From the NCBI GenBank assembly GCA_040954595.2, contig CM082595.2, positions 6,350,137 through 6,414,136 on the forward strand: a DNA stretch of 64,000 nucleotides, given 5' to 3'. Both the position numbers and the translations under genes were made by a program. The notes below the pieces were generated by a model that ran no database searches, was not told where the DNA came from, and saw nothing but the letters and a program-made list of their open reading frames with translations. This document shows positions 1 through 14,600 of the stretch, one piece after another (within the stretch, counting starts at the first letter, position 1; every line of letters begins with the position of its first letter). The stretch comes from Balanoglossus misakiensis (taxonomy: Eukaryota > Animalia > Hemichordata).

Positions 1-769
1 TAGAGACGAATCGTGTAGGAACGGGAAAGAAACCCATTTTTTGTCTCACGATGTGACTTGAACAGCGTGACCTTTAAGAAAACGTAGACGAAGTCACGAT
101 TTTTTCGACCGACCTAACATGTCATCGACACCGTTTCAGTTGCGCTAATGGCCAAGGTCACTGAGCAAGAAGGTGGCATACAAAATCACGAATGGCCGCA
201 TTCCATAATCTTGGGGGGGGGGGGAATTTCCACTTTAAGGAAAACAACTTTGAAGTCCTTTACCGAACATACAACCCCTACAGAGAATATATTAATGGAA
301 TTGAGGCAAATTGGTGAATTCGGAAAAGAAAGTTTGTCATTCTGTACATAAGGATGACGACGTGAACAGTAATTAAAAAAACAAATTCCAAAACATGGGT
401 TTTCGGCCTGCCTGGGAAGGCGATACATTTCCAGATCAGAGATTTTGCATCGAAACAGATATTACAACCTGATGAATCCTTCACGTTTTGCCAGTTCTCT
501 AACTACTTCTGAAGGCTTTTTGCTTGAAACTTATTTTGCGTCATAAGCTCAATTTGGCAAGAGAAATCTGTGACACATTTCGTAAGATTATACTGTTTTC
601 TGTCTCAGACCCCTTAGTTTGACTAATTTTTCGCACCTACTGCCTATCCAGGGACATTATAATTTACTTGCCAGTAATCATGAGTAACTAGTAATCATGA
701 TACTATGAGCATGATGTAACATTATAGGACTTGGACCCACAACCAACGGCATCTATTTACGTGGTAGTA

Positions 770-945
770 CAGTCAAACCCCTGTTAGTGGCCACCCTTAT
801 ATAGCGGTCACCTCTATATATTGGCCACTTTGTTACAGTCCTTTTGCAATTCACATTGTTAATTAACCTCTATATAAAGGTCACCTCTCTATAAAGGCCA
901 GTTTAGGACAGTCCCTTGACTGGTCACTATAGAGAGGTTTTTCTG
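770..945. mobile_element. Tc1/mariner-type MITE (CAGTCAAACC termini), copy 1
   Basis: TA|CAGTCAAACC...GGTTTTTCTG termini with internal CCTCTATATA/GGTCAC sub-repeats. Homologous, in inverted orientation, to 18386-18547. Confidence 0.7.
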
Positions 946-3237
946 TTGTGGACTTTTGACCGTAGCCCTTGCAAATCTTACGGTTTTCCGTATAAGTTCC
1001 ATGTATATTTGCCACAGGCTGTTCCACAGCGCAAGCGTGAACTTGAAGGATACACGCTCAAGCTTATGGTGACAGGCTGAAGCAGGAAACAGACCACTGT
1101 TGTCAGTCAGGCTGCCTAAATTCTCGGCTCTCTTTTGCGAACTTTTCCTCTCGCAATGATGGTACCTAGGATAGTGTGTACACATTGTCTCGCAAGTATC
1201 ATCCATCTCATCTAGTGCGTGGTACAGCTGTCTAATTTGTTTACTGGGACTGCAGCAAACCATGCCTGACTGTGTCTCTTTTATGGGGCACGTCACGTTA
1301 GCTGGCTGATAGAATAATAACGCCTATCCATATGAAGCCAATTGTGCACGACCAACCCAGTCTAATGGTCGTCACTGGGTACCTGCTATTGAAACCACTG
1401 CTAGGATTTTCCTGGCATTTCTATCAACTTACCCCAAGGGCTTGAAAAACGCGCTGTCTACTGTGTGGGGTAATTGTCACGTAGCTTTTGCGCGCAAGAC
1501 GGAATAATAGAGTTCCGGATGTAAGAAATCACGATAAAAACAGCGCACGTCCAGAAGGATCCCCGCGACTGTTCCCCTTTTTCCTCTGTCGGCGGGAAGC
1601 GCAGCCGGCATTTGTGCGGCAAAGGCCAATTTCGGCGCTGGCGAAATGTGAAGCGTCGCCGTAATGAAAGCAATAATAACTCTTATGTATCGGTCCCAAA
1701 CACATGATGATTTTGTCTGCAATTTTCCCAAGAATGATCAAAAGGAGACTCGTTGATTGCATATCTGACGTATTACTTGGCAATCCCAGGGTGTTGGACA
1801 TCGCCTATGCGAGGGAACACTGATTTCTTCAGTTCACTGGGTGGGAAGTGGCGATAATCACCAACCAGATGTTGGCTACCCGCTATCAGTAGTAACTCAC
1901 GTTTCTTTAATTAAAACAATTTGGCAAGTAACCAAGGTCTTCTTCCTGTTAACCACGAAAGCATTAATATTCATTTCCGAGTCAATTATTTTAGTTTGTG
2001 TCCTAGTTTGGATACAGAAAAGACACTGGCGAAATTTTAGTTTTAACCTCGAAATCAGTCAATCAATCAACCAATCAATCAATTTGTTGATACTCTGTCT
2101 CTACATAGTTTAGATGTAAGAATATTTTAAGGGACTCATATATGTTTTATCAGTAAAACCTCAAGGCATATTACTTAGATATGGCTTTCTCAACTAAATT
2201 TGATTATTGCCATTGAAATTGTACCAACATTGCAATTTCAAAGAGTGTTTTTCTGCTTGTGCCATTTTGAAAGTAGTTCCAGGTACGACAAACACCTACG
2301 TGCCAGAAATGGAAGCAAAGTTTCCGTAGCAGAAAGAATAGGTATGCGTGTGTTTAGAATAAAGCATGGCATATGGGAGAATCCTAAAAATATCAATGCA
2401 ATGTTTATTATCAGCAGAAATGCACCTCCGAATGGTTGTAAACTCAGGCAGGCGTCACGAATAAATCATACTTCTTGATGATGAATACTAATTAGCATAT
2501 TACAATATATCATAATATTATTATTAAATGATTTCCCTTAATAAATTAAACGCTTGAACAGAAAGGTATATTTCATTAAAGTTAAACTAAATGCATGAAC
2601 AATGTTTTGTATTTTTACATAAATTGAAATTAAACTTTTGGTGGAGTATAGTGTTATTGAGTTCAAAAGAAACAAAAGAAAGGGTGGAGAAGCCAAGAAA
2701 ATTGGAGGAACTGTAGACTTTTAGATTTAACTTTGTTAACTTTGTATATATATAGGTGAAAACACTACAACATACTTGACATAAGCGGAAAAGAGAAATC
2801 AAATTAATAACATTCCATCTTCTAAAAATAGGTCCCCGTGGTCTGTTTAACCGAATGTCAGCGACAACGTAGAAGTTTGGAGAATATTTGCATTGCAGCG
2901 TATCGTGGTTAAGTGTCCTTTGCGACCACACAGAAGATGATGTACCTGTCATTATTTATATCGCCCGTGGGGTAGTTTTACGAGTAGTGTTGTGTACCGA
3001 TGCCGGAAGAGTGTAAAACTTGGTTAGAAGTGGCTTGCGTTCATCACTCACATCCCCTTTTCTATAAAATACCGAAAGTACCCTTGAGGCACTGACAATT
3101 TGATATATGCGAGGATGGGGATGTGAACACTATATCTCTATAAATCATAAAGAAAACATCATTCTGAACTTTCTCAAAATTTTACGATGGACACCTGCCA
3201 TTCATTTATATTGGCAGATCAAATTCATGCTTTCGCA

Positions 3238-3522
3238 CTAACTATGCTATAATGTATAATATCTGCTATAATGGCATCACAGTACCACCTGCATAACAGT
3301 CATAATCAATGTAGATTCTCATAAGACCCATAAATCTGCATTAATTCTTTGTATACACCAAGAGTTATTGTCACGTACATGTCATTATTTACAACTACTA
3401 ACCATGTTATAATGTATATGACATAATAGTACCACCTGTATAACGAGCGTGATCAATGTAGATTCTCCTGAGAGCCATAACTTTGCATTAATTATTCATA
3501 TACATTATCAAGAGTTATTGTC
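3238..3522. repeat. Degenerate tandem duplication of a ~130-150 bp unit
   Basis: Two copies share tataatgtata, agtaccacctg, atcaatgtagattctc, tgcattaatt and caagagttattgtc. Confidence 0.75.
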
Positions 3523-4510
3523 TTTAAGCAGGTAATATTTTAGGGAAGACAGTGAAAGCAAACATAAACAGCGAGAGTCAGGACACCATAAACAAAGCAG
3601 AAGGGAAGTGCTGTGTGAAAGCTTCAATTGCCGTACATGCAATTTGCCAAGGAGTATAAAAGTTGCCACGAATCTCGCAAACACGCGCCTCCATTACAGA
3701 GAAAGTGATGTCAGGTACTGTATGTGCTGCTCTTGCATCTTGTCCTCGAGAACTGCTTCCGGAAGCGCCGGCTCATTAACCTCGCCGTTGGCATGAGCAA
3801 CGGCAGCGCAACGCACGTTACTTCAGTTTTAGGAGCCTTGTTTTTTAACCGGAAATGTGTTTTGCTGCCTTGAAAATCACATGAAAAATGATCTGTCATA
3901 TTCATATTAGTCCTTGCATATGATGACTTACAACTATTTTGTGTGGGCCGATGAAAATAACCCACCCAAACAAACAAATGTAAACGAAAAGCATATGTTC
4001 TAATTGTCGACAGAACTTCTGACATCATTTTGACACCATGAATTTTCTAGGGTAAACATCCCCTGCCTGTGCTATGCCCATAATCTTTAACTACCGACCA
4101 GAATCCATGGGAAAAAATCAACACGGTGGACATATCACAGATCAGGGAAGATCGTAACTCGGCTAAGTTGTCAACACCCATTTAATAAGATCCATCAGCC
4201 AAACGCCAAAGCCATCTTGAAACCTTATTGACTATGCAAATAAATCAGAGCGGAATCTCAATCAGTTTTTCTTCGACGCATCACGACAGCCGACTGTCAG
4301 GTCAACTCGAGAATTCCCATAATGGTTACTGAAATTGCATCTCCTTGATGACACCCCTGTGACTGTACCAATCAGTCGTGGAAATGAGTACCTCTTCAAT
4401 GGGAATACCTAGGGAGTCACATCAGCGTTAATTTGCACTGTCCTCCGCAAACACAAACGCCTGCATTTAGGTAGCTTCAATCACAGATGAAATAATCTCA
4501 AATCAAGCTG

Positions 4511-4684
<174 letters not shown>

Positions 4685-4765
4685 TGGTATCAATGCCTTT
4701 CTGTCTACACGTAGGTAAAGACAGACAGACAGATGGACAGCCAGATTAAGTCGGAAAAACAGGCA

Positions 4766-4766
4766 G

Positions 4767-4815
<49 letters not shown>

Positions 4816-4819
4816 CATG

Positions 4820-4857
<38 letters not shown>
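4766..4857. repeat. (GATA)n microsatellite
   Basis: Read directly from the sequence. Confidence 0.95.
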
Positions 4858-4859
<2 letters not shown>

Positions 4860-6044
4860 TCAAGTTTGATTGTTTGGCTACAGCTAATTTTATCTAGCAA
4901 GTTGTGCATTTTTTTCTGTTAAAGCAGGGTTAATTTGTAACTGAATCTCTGATGCTGGATATGTGCGGCAAAACAAAGAGGCTCACAGACCGAAAAAGGC
5001 AACATTTGATCGGTGATATTTTTTTTATTGAAAAGTAATCAGGCACCTTTTTGACATGTAATCAAAGGAGTGTTGTTTCCGTATCACTAGAATTATGATT
5101 ATGGTAATACCCAGCTTCATATCCTAATATTACTGTTTGTGCAAATGATCCATTAGCAGACAGTGTCTCCCGCGGCAGAACTATTTGACGCCAATTAAGC
5201 TGATGAAAAAAAAATCTACAGGTGAGGTTATGGTTGATGATGATTACCTCGGCTGTATACAGAGATTGTGAAGAACACAGAACCAGGTGGATTTTCATTT
5301 CATCCCAAAAATAAAATCAGACTTAAGTCCATTTACAAGAATGCATGAAATGAGTCCAAAGACTGAAGTTCTGATAAACAGGTTGTTGTGAGCTTGCAGT
5401 AGAAAGCGGCTACAAGATCAGCTTCGACGAGGAACACGATATACATCTATTGTTGCATCGGAGTAACCCGAGGGAGGTTGTAAACTATATTTATCAATGT
5501 ATATACATGAAATCGAATGCTGTTACTAATTTATAAATTGATCAAACTGACTTGTTTCCTTTTCTCCTTCTTATGGACAATATTGCTAATGTACATCTGA
5601 GAGTTAGATATTGTCGTGCATTTCCATGAAATTAATATTGATGTCAATTAAGAAATAGCCGAAGTGAAATGGAAAGTAGACATTATTGCTGATATCATCG
5701 GAAGATTCATATCAATATATTTTATCTATAATTGCTAATGCTGGTTAAGATATTCAATACCAACCAATTTCTATAGAAATTGGAAACAAATTTCTCCGAA
5801 AAATGTTCTAACAATATGCAAGATGAAAAATACAAATCGCCGTGCCATCATTAACGAATAAGACGATCTGGTGATTCAGTGTGTGATATTACATGTACCG
5901 GGTATATCTGCTTGCCTGGCAATTACATTTAAGAGGACTATTTAGATTTTAACATGGGATATTTCACCAACAGTAGGGGATTCTCTCTCGGAACAAGTTT
6001 TATGGTTAAGCTTTTCAACTATTATTTTCACAAATTCTTGAAGC

Positions 6045-6086
6045 AAAACAAACAAACAAACAAACAAACAGACAGACAGACAGACA

Positions 6087-6129
<43 letters not shown>

Positions 6130-6142
6130 ACAAACAAACAAA
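6045..6142. repeat. Compound (AAAC)n/(AGAC)n/(AAAT)n microsatellite
   Basis: Read directly from the sequence. Confidence 0.95.
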
Positions 6143-6612
6143 GACAGAAAACTTAACACAGATTATATTTTTCTGGTGTATATAAAGGCACTCTGGCAAC
6201 AAGTTTACTCAGTTATGGTATACATAGTGTGAGTCAACAAGTAGGCAAAAGTGACTTTAACGGAACAAACGCAAAAAAAAATCAATGCAGAGAAACCCTG
6301 ACCTTTAATATCTTCATATAAACGGATCAATTCAACTTAATATGCTGAATTTATCCTTCCTATTTTGTGAAACGTAATCTTTGGAATATCAAAATGCACC
6401 GAGGCTAACTAATCATGCACTGTCGTAGTTCTTTCCTTTTAAAAGAAAGTCAAATGGGGCCATTAGTTCACTTTAAAAAAGTACCTGTAATCTATGTACT
6501 GCCGTAGAACTTGAATGCACATTATGTCTCATGCCCCCTCAGCAACTGAAAACCACTAATTACTGGTATTCACTCTATGAAAATCACTAGATTTAACAAG
6601 ACATATATGAGC

Positions 6613-6972
6613 AGAGAAAAAAGGTTAAAACGTTTAAATATTATCTTCACTGAACATCAGTAATTAGAGACAATTGTATGAAATTCGCATCCACGATATT
6701 AGGTATGGTGACTGACATTGAACCATACATGCAGCTAGTAGTTTTCCATTACGAGCGGCTATAGGCATTATGGGGTAGTTGTCAAGCAAATTACTTTGTT
6801 CAGCAAAAGTTATTGAGACTTAGAAGTTCACATTTGGGGTGTGGTATGCAATAAAGTGATAGCTAGCTTTCGTTATAAAATTGGGAGGCTCAGTATACAC
6901 TGGTTGCGTGGTGTGTTTAAAATGTGTACGATCAGAGAAAAAAGGTTAAAAAGTTTAAAAATTATCTTCACT
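6613..6972. repeat. Dispersed 40-bp direct repeat (about 6613-6652 and 6933-6972)
   Basis: cagagaaaaaaggttaaaa(c/a)gtttaaa(t/a)attatcttcact occurs twice. It sits inside short inverted matches (cctgtaatctatgt at ~6484 and acatagattacagg at ~7062). Confidence 0.6.
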
Positions 6973-7812
6973 CATCACCTCAGTTGCTGCAACTAGGATG
7001 AGCTTTCAACTTTCCTCCGAGTGAGTTTCATCATGACAAGACAAACAACACGCGCGATTTAACATAGATTACAGGATATTACCAGAAAGTGCACACGTAA
7101 ACATTATTTACCGATTATTCTTACATACAGCTGAAAAGGGCAAATCCACAAAGTTGGCTATCATACCCTCAAACCACTTACACGCTTCAAAACACCGAAA
7201 TCATGGACAAAGCTTGAGTTTATGCTCTAACGAGTCTAAAATTAATAGCATTGTTCGTGTAATCTGTTTTTCCTCCAATATTTAAACGCCCATGTGATTT
7301 TTGGGTGTGGATATAACGCGAGATCGGCACTGCAGGTGAAATGTCTGAAATATACATGTTCCCTTATTTACATTTTTCTGGCTTTGATGCTGTAATGACG
7401 TTAATTACAGGGGAAAGTGAGCGTCACATCAAAGATGCCCTGTGCGGTAAATACATGGGGACGTCAGCTGCCTTAGTGAATCCTTATTGCGGCGAATGGA
7501 GAATTCGAGTCAAAAACGCGGATAAATTTCACTGATGAGACCATATACATGTACTATCAGGAAAGTTTGTTTTCTTGAAAAGATATCCTTGCCTCCAGGA
7601 TATCCGATCCGGCGATTCACATGACAATTATTCGTCGGCGAAAGCCAACAAATTACGGTTGAAACACAGCCCCGGGCGCCTTCAGTGAGAGAGAGAGAAG
7701 AAAAAAAAATGGGAAAACGGGCGTCGCGGGTAATTCCCAGGAGGTTGAACACCGTGGCGTTGTGTGATTATAGCCGATTGATGTTTGGAAGTGATTTCTT
7801 CATTTAACTTAC

Positions 7813-7946
7813 CGGGTCAGAGTCAACCCGGCACATCCTTTAAACGTAGCGTCATTTGCGATATACATCTCTTGCCCTGTTGCCACACTTGATACCCAAG
7901 GAAACGAAATCTTCATATTTTTTAAATATCTCTTGGATTGACGAAA
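7813..7946 (-). CDS. Candidate exon FRQSKRYLKNMKISFPWVSSVATGQEMYIANDATFKGCAGLTLT(R) of an unidentified small gene
   Basis: Acceptor tttctataatgttttcttctag and donor CG|GTAAGT. One frame is fully open, with in-frame ATGs (first at 7916). Confidence 0.4.
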
Positions 7947-10900
7947 CTAGAAGAAAACATTATAGAAATGATGAAAATGCCATTTTCACTGTTGATGTCA
8001 TTCCAAAAGTCTGTGTGCTTTCTGTGAGTTTTAAACATTAAAGGGGAAGGGATGTAATTTGAACTAGACACCATCGGCATATCAGTTATCATAGATGGAT
8101 GTTCAACTATCTACCTTAAAATATTTGCATCAGCAGAGGTTGTTACCAACAACTCGGATATGCTATCAACAAAATGACTGAAGAACATAGCATGCCCATA
8201 AACATTCTGATATTAGCCGCGCCGGGATAGCGTGTATAAAACGTAAAACATCTGACCCACCAGAACGACGTCTTGTTGTGACAATGACAGAATCACTCTA
8301 AGACATGTTATTGATTGTGATGAAAGCGTACAACTGCTCCTCAGCTTCACTGGCACTTATTATTACTGCCTGTCGCTGGGTTTGAATGATGCCCAAGAAG
8401 TGCCCCTGTACCCGAAAAAATGAGAGATTGGAAGACCAGGAGAACTAGAGGCTTTAAAACTGATTTAAGCGGAAATCAAATTTCACTCTGTTGCCTGCAG
8501 GTTGCACTTAAAGTTTGATCATAGTCTTTTGATGCAATTATGGAAAGATATTAAACTCTATAAAGTACTCTAGCTTTAAGCATATTTGTCTTTGCTTGTC
8601 GACTGTACAGTACACTACCGTCCTCTATTATTTGACTTGTTTGAATAGAACACCAGACATCAGAAATATTGTGTCAGTATTCATCTTGAACTTGAGTGCT
8701 TAATATCAGAGTTCAACAATGTTTTAATCTGGTTGTTTGGTAGGCCGTTTGATATGTTTAATCTCATTGTTTTCCATGGCAAGACCAAGATACATGTATG
8801 TATATGCAGTTTCTATCCTCTGCTCGAATCTATACTTCCCATGCATACAGGCAGAGCAAAGGCTTATATGATAGTGAAAGCTTATATCCAGTTGTTAGCA
8901 TGTTACTCAGAAGATCACGTTATCAGTCAATATGAACTAGCTGTGTACTTATTAACGGGTCAAAGGTTTTGCTGTATGACATGTTCAGGGTTACTTTTGT
9001 CATGTTAGTCATCACCTGCATTCTTCTGTGTACCGAGAAATGTCAAATTGTTGGTTCTGAGAGATTCAGGCTGTTTAATCCATACATGACGACCCAAGAA
9101 ATAACAAATAAACTATTTGAAGCTACGCACAGCACGTAATTGACATTGTCTCAGTGGAAACATATAAGCAGATAGACCCCTCATTTGGAACATGCAGTAT
9201 ATTTCCTATACATGAATTTACCACTTGTGTAATTTCACGGCCTGTGTAAGGTTATGTGTTTCCTGGGGCCAGAAAAACAATGAACTGAAGAGAATACTGG
9301 GTCCACATAATCTTGTCTTCACATGAGCATGGTGGCGAATGTCCATCATTCCTTTAAATTGTGAAAGTTGGGGTTTAAACACAAGTAGAACCTTATATAC
9401 CACTGCGCTTTTTGGTTTTGTATTTTAATGTGTCTTTGTAGATTCCTGGAGTTTATTTGTAGTTTGTTGAGACGTACTGTGCCAACTGATGACCTTAATG
9501 GAGTTCAACAACGATCACATTCAAGTTATATTTGTTAAAGACTTCCTTATCACCTATCATTTATCAAATCCCATCATATATTGCAGAGTCAGGTGACATG
9601 TACCCAGTCATTGAAGTGTTTGGCCAGTTTTCTAATCGTATAGGTGATCATTCAAACTAACTATTAGGTGGGTTTAAGGATGGTGATTAACATTATATGA
9701 CCTGCTCTTTTTGAAGTACTTATAGAGATAGTTAAACCTTTAAACAGAGTCACTACTAGAAAAGAATAACCGTGGGTTGTCAAGAGCTGAATTTATCGCA
9801 CTAAAAGTGAAGCATGTGGATGACAAAATAATATAAATGTCATGCACTCATTGGTTCAATTAATGATGCAATTGCGTGAGTACACAAATCAGCAGGAACA
9901 CCCGTACCATTACTAGTAGAAGCACATACAGCTTTAGTGGTTCTGAATCATTGCTATTATGTTGTGTACGTTCAGAAACATGACTATCATGCTGTGTACT
10001 TTGGCATGGTGATTGTTTACGGCATTCCCATTGACGTGAGTTCCTCAATACAGCACAAAATTTTACATTTACCGACATTCAAGTCTAGTCTTGTAGGTGT
10101 ATCGATTATTGGTCTGTGTATTGATCAATTCTTTATAAAAGGTCATCGATTGGTGAGTGGGACGATTATTTACATCTGTATGGCAATTGATTATTGGTAA
10201 GGACGACTGCTCCCAAGTCAGATACAAGGTCTTGACTAGTGCCAGGTCGACAGTGATCATTGATGAAATGCGTCGTACTCAGGTCGACATAACTGTCAAA
10301 CTATCAAAATGATCTTTTTTTGTAATTGTGAACATTTTAAATAAACTTTTCACGTATTGAGAACCGTGAAAATGAGATTAAGAATTTTGGGTTGAACTCA
10401 TCTTGCAAACATTGTTCTTAATGACAGTGTATGATGGTCGTTACCTGTCCTTTTAATTTTTAAGCGAGTTGCAAATGCGAAGTTTAGGGTAACACCCCCC
10501 GGTGAAATAATCCTGTCACCGAGCGTGCAATATGCGTAACAAAACATTTTTGCTGACGAGCACAGACTGAGAGATAGATAAAAAACACGCTTGACTTATC
10601 TCACGCTGTCGTAGTACCCTAGGTCTCCCAGACTGCTTAGACGTCATAATAATCGAAGATGTGCGTAAGGTTTTGCTTATTTGACGTCTATTGAGTTCAA
10701 AACCCAGACAACAATCGGTCTTCGGGTACTTAAATTAGGTGGACTGTGCACCATAATTAAAATTTCTCCGAGAGCAACTTCGGTCCCCTCCTTGCTTTGC
10801 GCCATCAGCACTTAATTTCAAGGGCAACTTTAATGTCAGTCATTTGGGATCTGAACAAATGTCATATGTGAGTGTCAATTTTAAGGTTTGAAGTTTCCGT

Positions 10901-11432
10901 CTGTAATTTCATTGGGCAGTATCAAACTATGTACAAAGTTTTACCGTGTCCTTGAAGATGTGATGCTGATAGTATGAGCACGGTGGACGTGTTTCTCAAT
11001 TCCCTGTTTTTGATTTTCCATCGCCTGCAGGACTGCGAACGGTTCGTGTTTTCTCTTCATTTCACTGACAATATCCGACACACATTTTCGCTCTACTTCA
11101 CGTGTTATGCACACGATAAGTCCGACGGGGTTGAAAAGATGTCACGACAGAAGGATGTAAAACTTGTATTTCGTTCGTACAGCCTCTAGCTGTCTAGCTG
11201 TTCTCGTGAAAGTACCTCAACACCACAGGGCGCCCAGCTCCTAGTGACATGTCCAATTTCTGTGCAGCTTTCTTTTGTTACTCAATTATTTTGTCAATGC
11301 ACAAATAAAATATTCATCTACCTGTGTATATACAATAACCACTCTTTGCAATTTACCGTTTACTGTATTGCAAAGGCAATAAATACCAGTGAAGTGGTGT
11401 GTATGCTAAGAATAAAATATGGAAATGTCGGG

Positions 11433-11458
11433 TATGTATGTATGTATGTATGTATGTA

Positions 11459-11555
<97 letters not shown>

Positions 11556-11640
11556 ATGTATGTATGTATGTATGTATGTATGTATGTATGTATGTATGTA
11601 TGTATGTATGTATGTATGTATGTATTTTATGTATGTATGT
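11433..11640. repeat. Compound (TATG)n/(TG)n/(TCTG)n microsatellite
   Basis: Read directly from the sequence. Confidence 0.95.
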
Positions 11641-14600
11641 CCATCTGGTGGCTACCTATGTCTTGCCTGTCTGTCTCTGTCTGGTCGGATCTTTGCTTCC
11701 TTCTCTGGTTAGATGGCAAGCTTGCTGTCTGCATTGAAACTTGACATTTGCATAGGTCACAATATGATTCATGCGGTGAATGTCAACGTCCAGAATAATT
11801 ATTGACACGCATGGATGTAAACAACATATTTGCAATCTCTTATATTTGTATTTTCATTGTGAATTCCAATTTACTCTTGACGCACGAATATATCCCGGGA
11901 AACGGCCTGTAGCAAACATAGAGCACTGTCTTTGTTCAGGGTGCTGAAATTGACACGACATGGAAACATACATATCTTTACATCGTGTCATGCATGGTTG
12001 TTTTCGCCATGCGATCATGTGTTTCTTCCGACCTTTGAAAAATCAAAAACGCTTCATGATTTCTGGTTGAAATCTGAGCATTGGCACGTCTTGGTAACAC
12101 CCTTCAAAACTGTATCTGCAATTTTTTCTCCGCCCTTCCAATTGACTTTTATGATGCTATGGACTTCTAGTCTATAAATAGTACCTAAAAAGATAAGAAC
12201 ATAAAGAAAATCTGAAAAATCTGAAAAGTTTTTAGATAATTGACGGAAAACTACAATTTTTTTAGATCGCCACTTTTGTATACAGCATACTTGTTTTTTT
12301 CAGGAAATTCAGAAAAACTGGGAGCGCACAATCGCAGTTGTCATGCGAGCATGATGTTCTACAAACAAGCAATGTTCGCAAAATTCTCTTTTTTCTTTCG
12401 TGTCTGGCATAGAATTATCAACATGTCTGGTTTGTGTTTGTGAGTGGCTGTTTGAAGTATCCTTCAGAACAATGTATGTTCTGGAAAAGTCTGGGAGAAG
12501 TCTGCTTTTTGAACACCAACGCACAGTTTTGAATGTAATGTACAAACTGTAACTTTCCACTAAAATGCTATGGTTCTAAATACAGGAAGGTCCTGATACT
12601 TTGGAAATACCTGAGTACTGTCTAGTCGTGTGTTCACAGTATAATAAGTAGCATGTAGTTCCCTGTTCAGTGGGTGTGTTCCTGGTAACATGCAGCAATA
12701 ATTAACCTTTTGGATGAAACTCGTCTGACTCTGTGCATCATTGATGATGTAAACGGCGATAAGGATCGACGGGTGCTTTCTCTCAAACTGTTAATGACAC
12801 ATCTCGTTTAAGCATCATGCACAGTTGTATCGCTTCTAGCATTATAGTGTATAAAATTTTGGTAATTGTTTTAGCGTGGGTGTTGATGTTTCATGCCAGT
12901 GGGAGTTTTGTGCTGAAGATTTTATATTGATTTGATTCCCCAAGAAAGTTTTTTTTGCCATAATTGAAAGTTTGCCGCCAAAAACTTAAGTACAAATGAC
13001 GTTCAGGTGGTATAAATATTTAAACTGTCATTTTCCCACAGAGGCCACCCTGAACAGGCTTCCTAGTGAATAGTACATACCAGCCAAGACGACTAGACTA
13101 GATTCATTGGGTATTTATCATGAACTTAAAGGTCTTTACCGCACCAGATTAGATCATGTCACAGCTTTACGACATAGTACGAATGTCAACTCTCTGCCCC
13201 AGCCTGATAGATTGGTTCGGATTGAACACAGCAGAAACGAAATCCAATTAGGGAAAGCGTATGTTGATTACAGATCCAAATGACTCGAATGGGTACAGCA
13301 AAAGAAAGAAGGTCCTGCACGATATGGTTCATGTACGATGTATCCAAACTTGTTGTGAACTTGCTTCACGACCGCCGAGGACACTCATTGAAAATAATAA
13401 AAATTAAAATGCTCATCGCAAACTTAGACTCTTAAATAACAATTATGTTTAAAAAAGTGAAAGTTTTAGATTGGAAATGTTAACCGACAGGCTGGGAGAA
13501 CGAGCTATGGTGGAAGATTCTATCAGATAACAGGAGCCAGAGCACGAAAATCGTGGTATCCATGTTTGTTCTTGCACGATGACATCTGACTGAGCTTTAA
13601 CTGATCAGATAATCTCAATTTTTGATTGGGAACATACAGCGTGTTCTGGCATATGTGAACGATGACTTTGATCCAAATCCACAAACGTACTTATAAAGTG
13701 TGAAGTAAATATTAACTGTTGTACAACAAGACTTTGGTGACACAGGGAGTGGTTTTAGATGGAGCTCATAGGGTTATGTTCAGTCTGAAAATGTTCAGTT
13801 AATTAAGATCCGTCTTTGCGCTCGACAGACAAGGCTGCAACCCGAATCTCCTGAAAACTGAGAGTGTGTTGCTAGTCAAATTACATTTAGCTTAGACGAA
13901 GAGGATAAGCCCAGTGACTGTGCTTGAACGATGATAGTGTCGCAGGGCAAGGACTTCTCTTGCGCTCATTAAAGTAACTGTTGCTTGTTAACACATACTT
14001 GTAGTTCAAGATCTACACTTATTCTTATTATTCAAGTGGCAAGTGAAGTAAGATGGAGGAACTAGTTTTCTACCATCTTCACAAGTGTTTTGTCTGAAAC
14101 ATCCTGTCATTGCTTATGAGTTCAAAATTCGAAGAAATCTCAATTCGCGTAAAACATCTTAACACTGCATAGTGAACTTTTCGAATCTACTTAATATCCT
14201 GTATGTTTCACAACATGCTATTGTCTTGTTTCCATCGATACACTTTATAACACGTCCTCCACATACTTCGCACTTCCTAAGGTTTCATTTCACATAATGG
14301 GATGTTTTGCATATGCCAGCGGAGATGGCCGTTAGAAATGTCCGAACGTTTTCACCGAGATATGATGTATGTCAAGACCCGTGTGTCAGTACAAGATAAA
14401 GGCAAAATCCCGGGGAACCCATATGCCAGTGTTTTTTATCCATCAAGATGTTGGTCGTTCCGATGCCCACACACGTCCATCATCATTGAAACATTTCTTT
14501 ATTCGAAACAACGTTGGGGCAAATACGTTGCCTCTGGTGTTTTGTACTCCAAGAAACATTTGGTATTACTTGAACACTGACTAGGTTTGCAGTTTACTTC

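Noticed and set aside
1458-1801. GC-richer overlapping ORFs, one containing RGKR
   Set aside because: No convincing signal peptide, splice structure or recognisable peptide.
11244-11744. Long ORFs over microsatellites (also 4625-4909, 20448-20959, 21509-21700, 42316-42790)
   Set aside because: Artefacts of stop-free simple repeats (MYVC, HTYI and poly-M translations).
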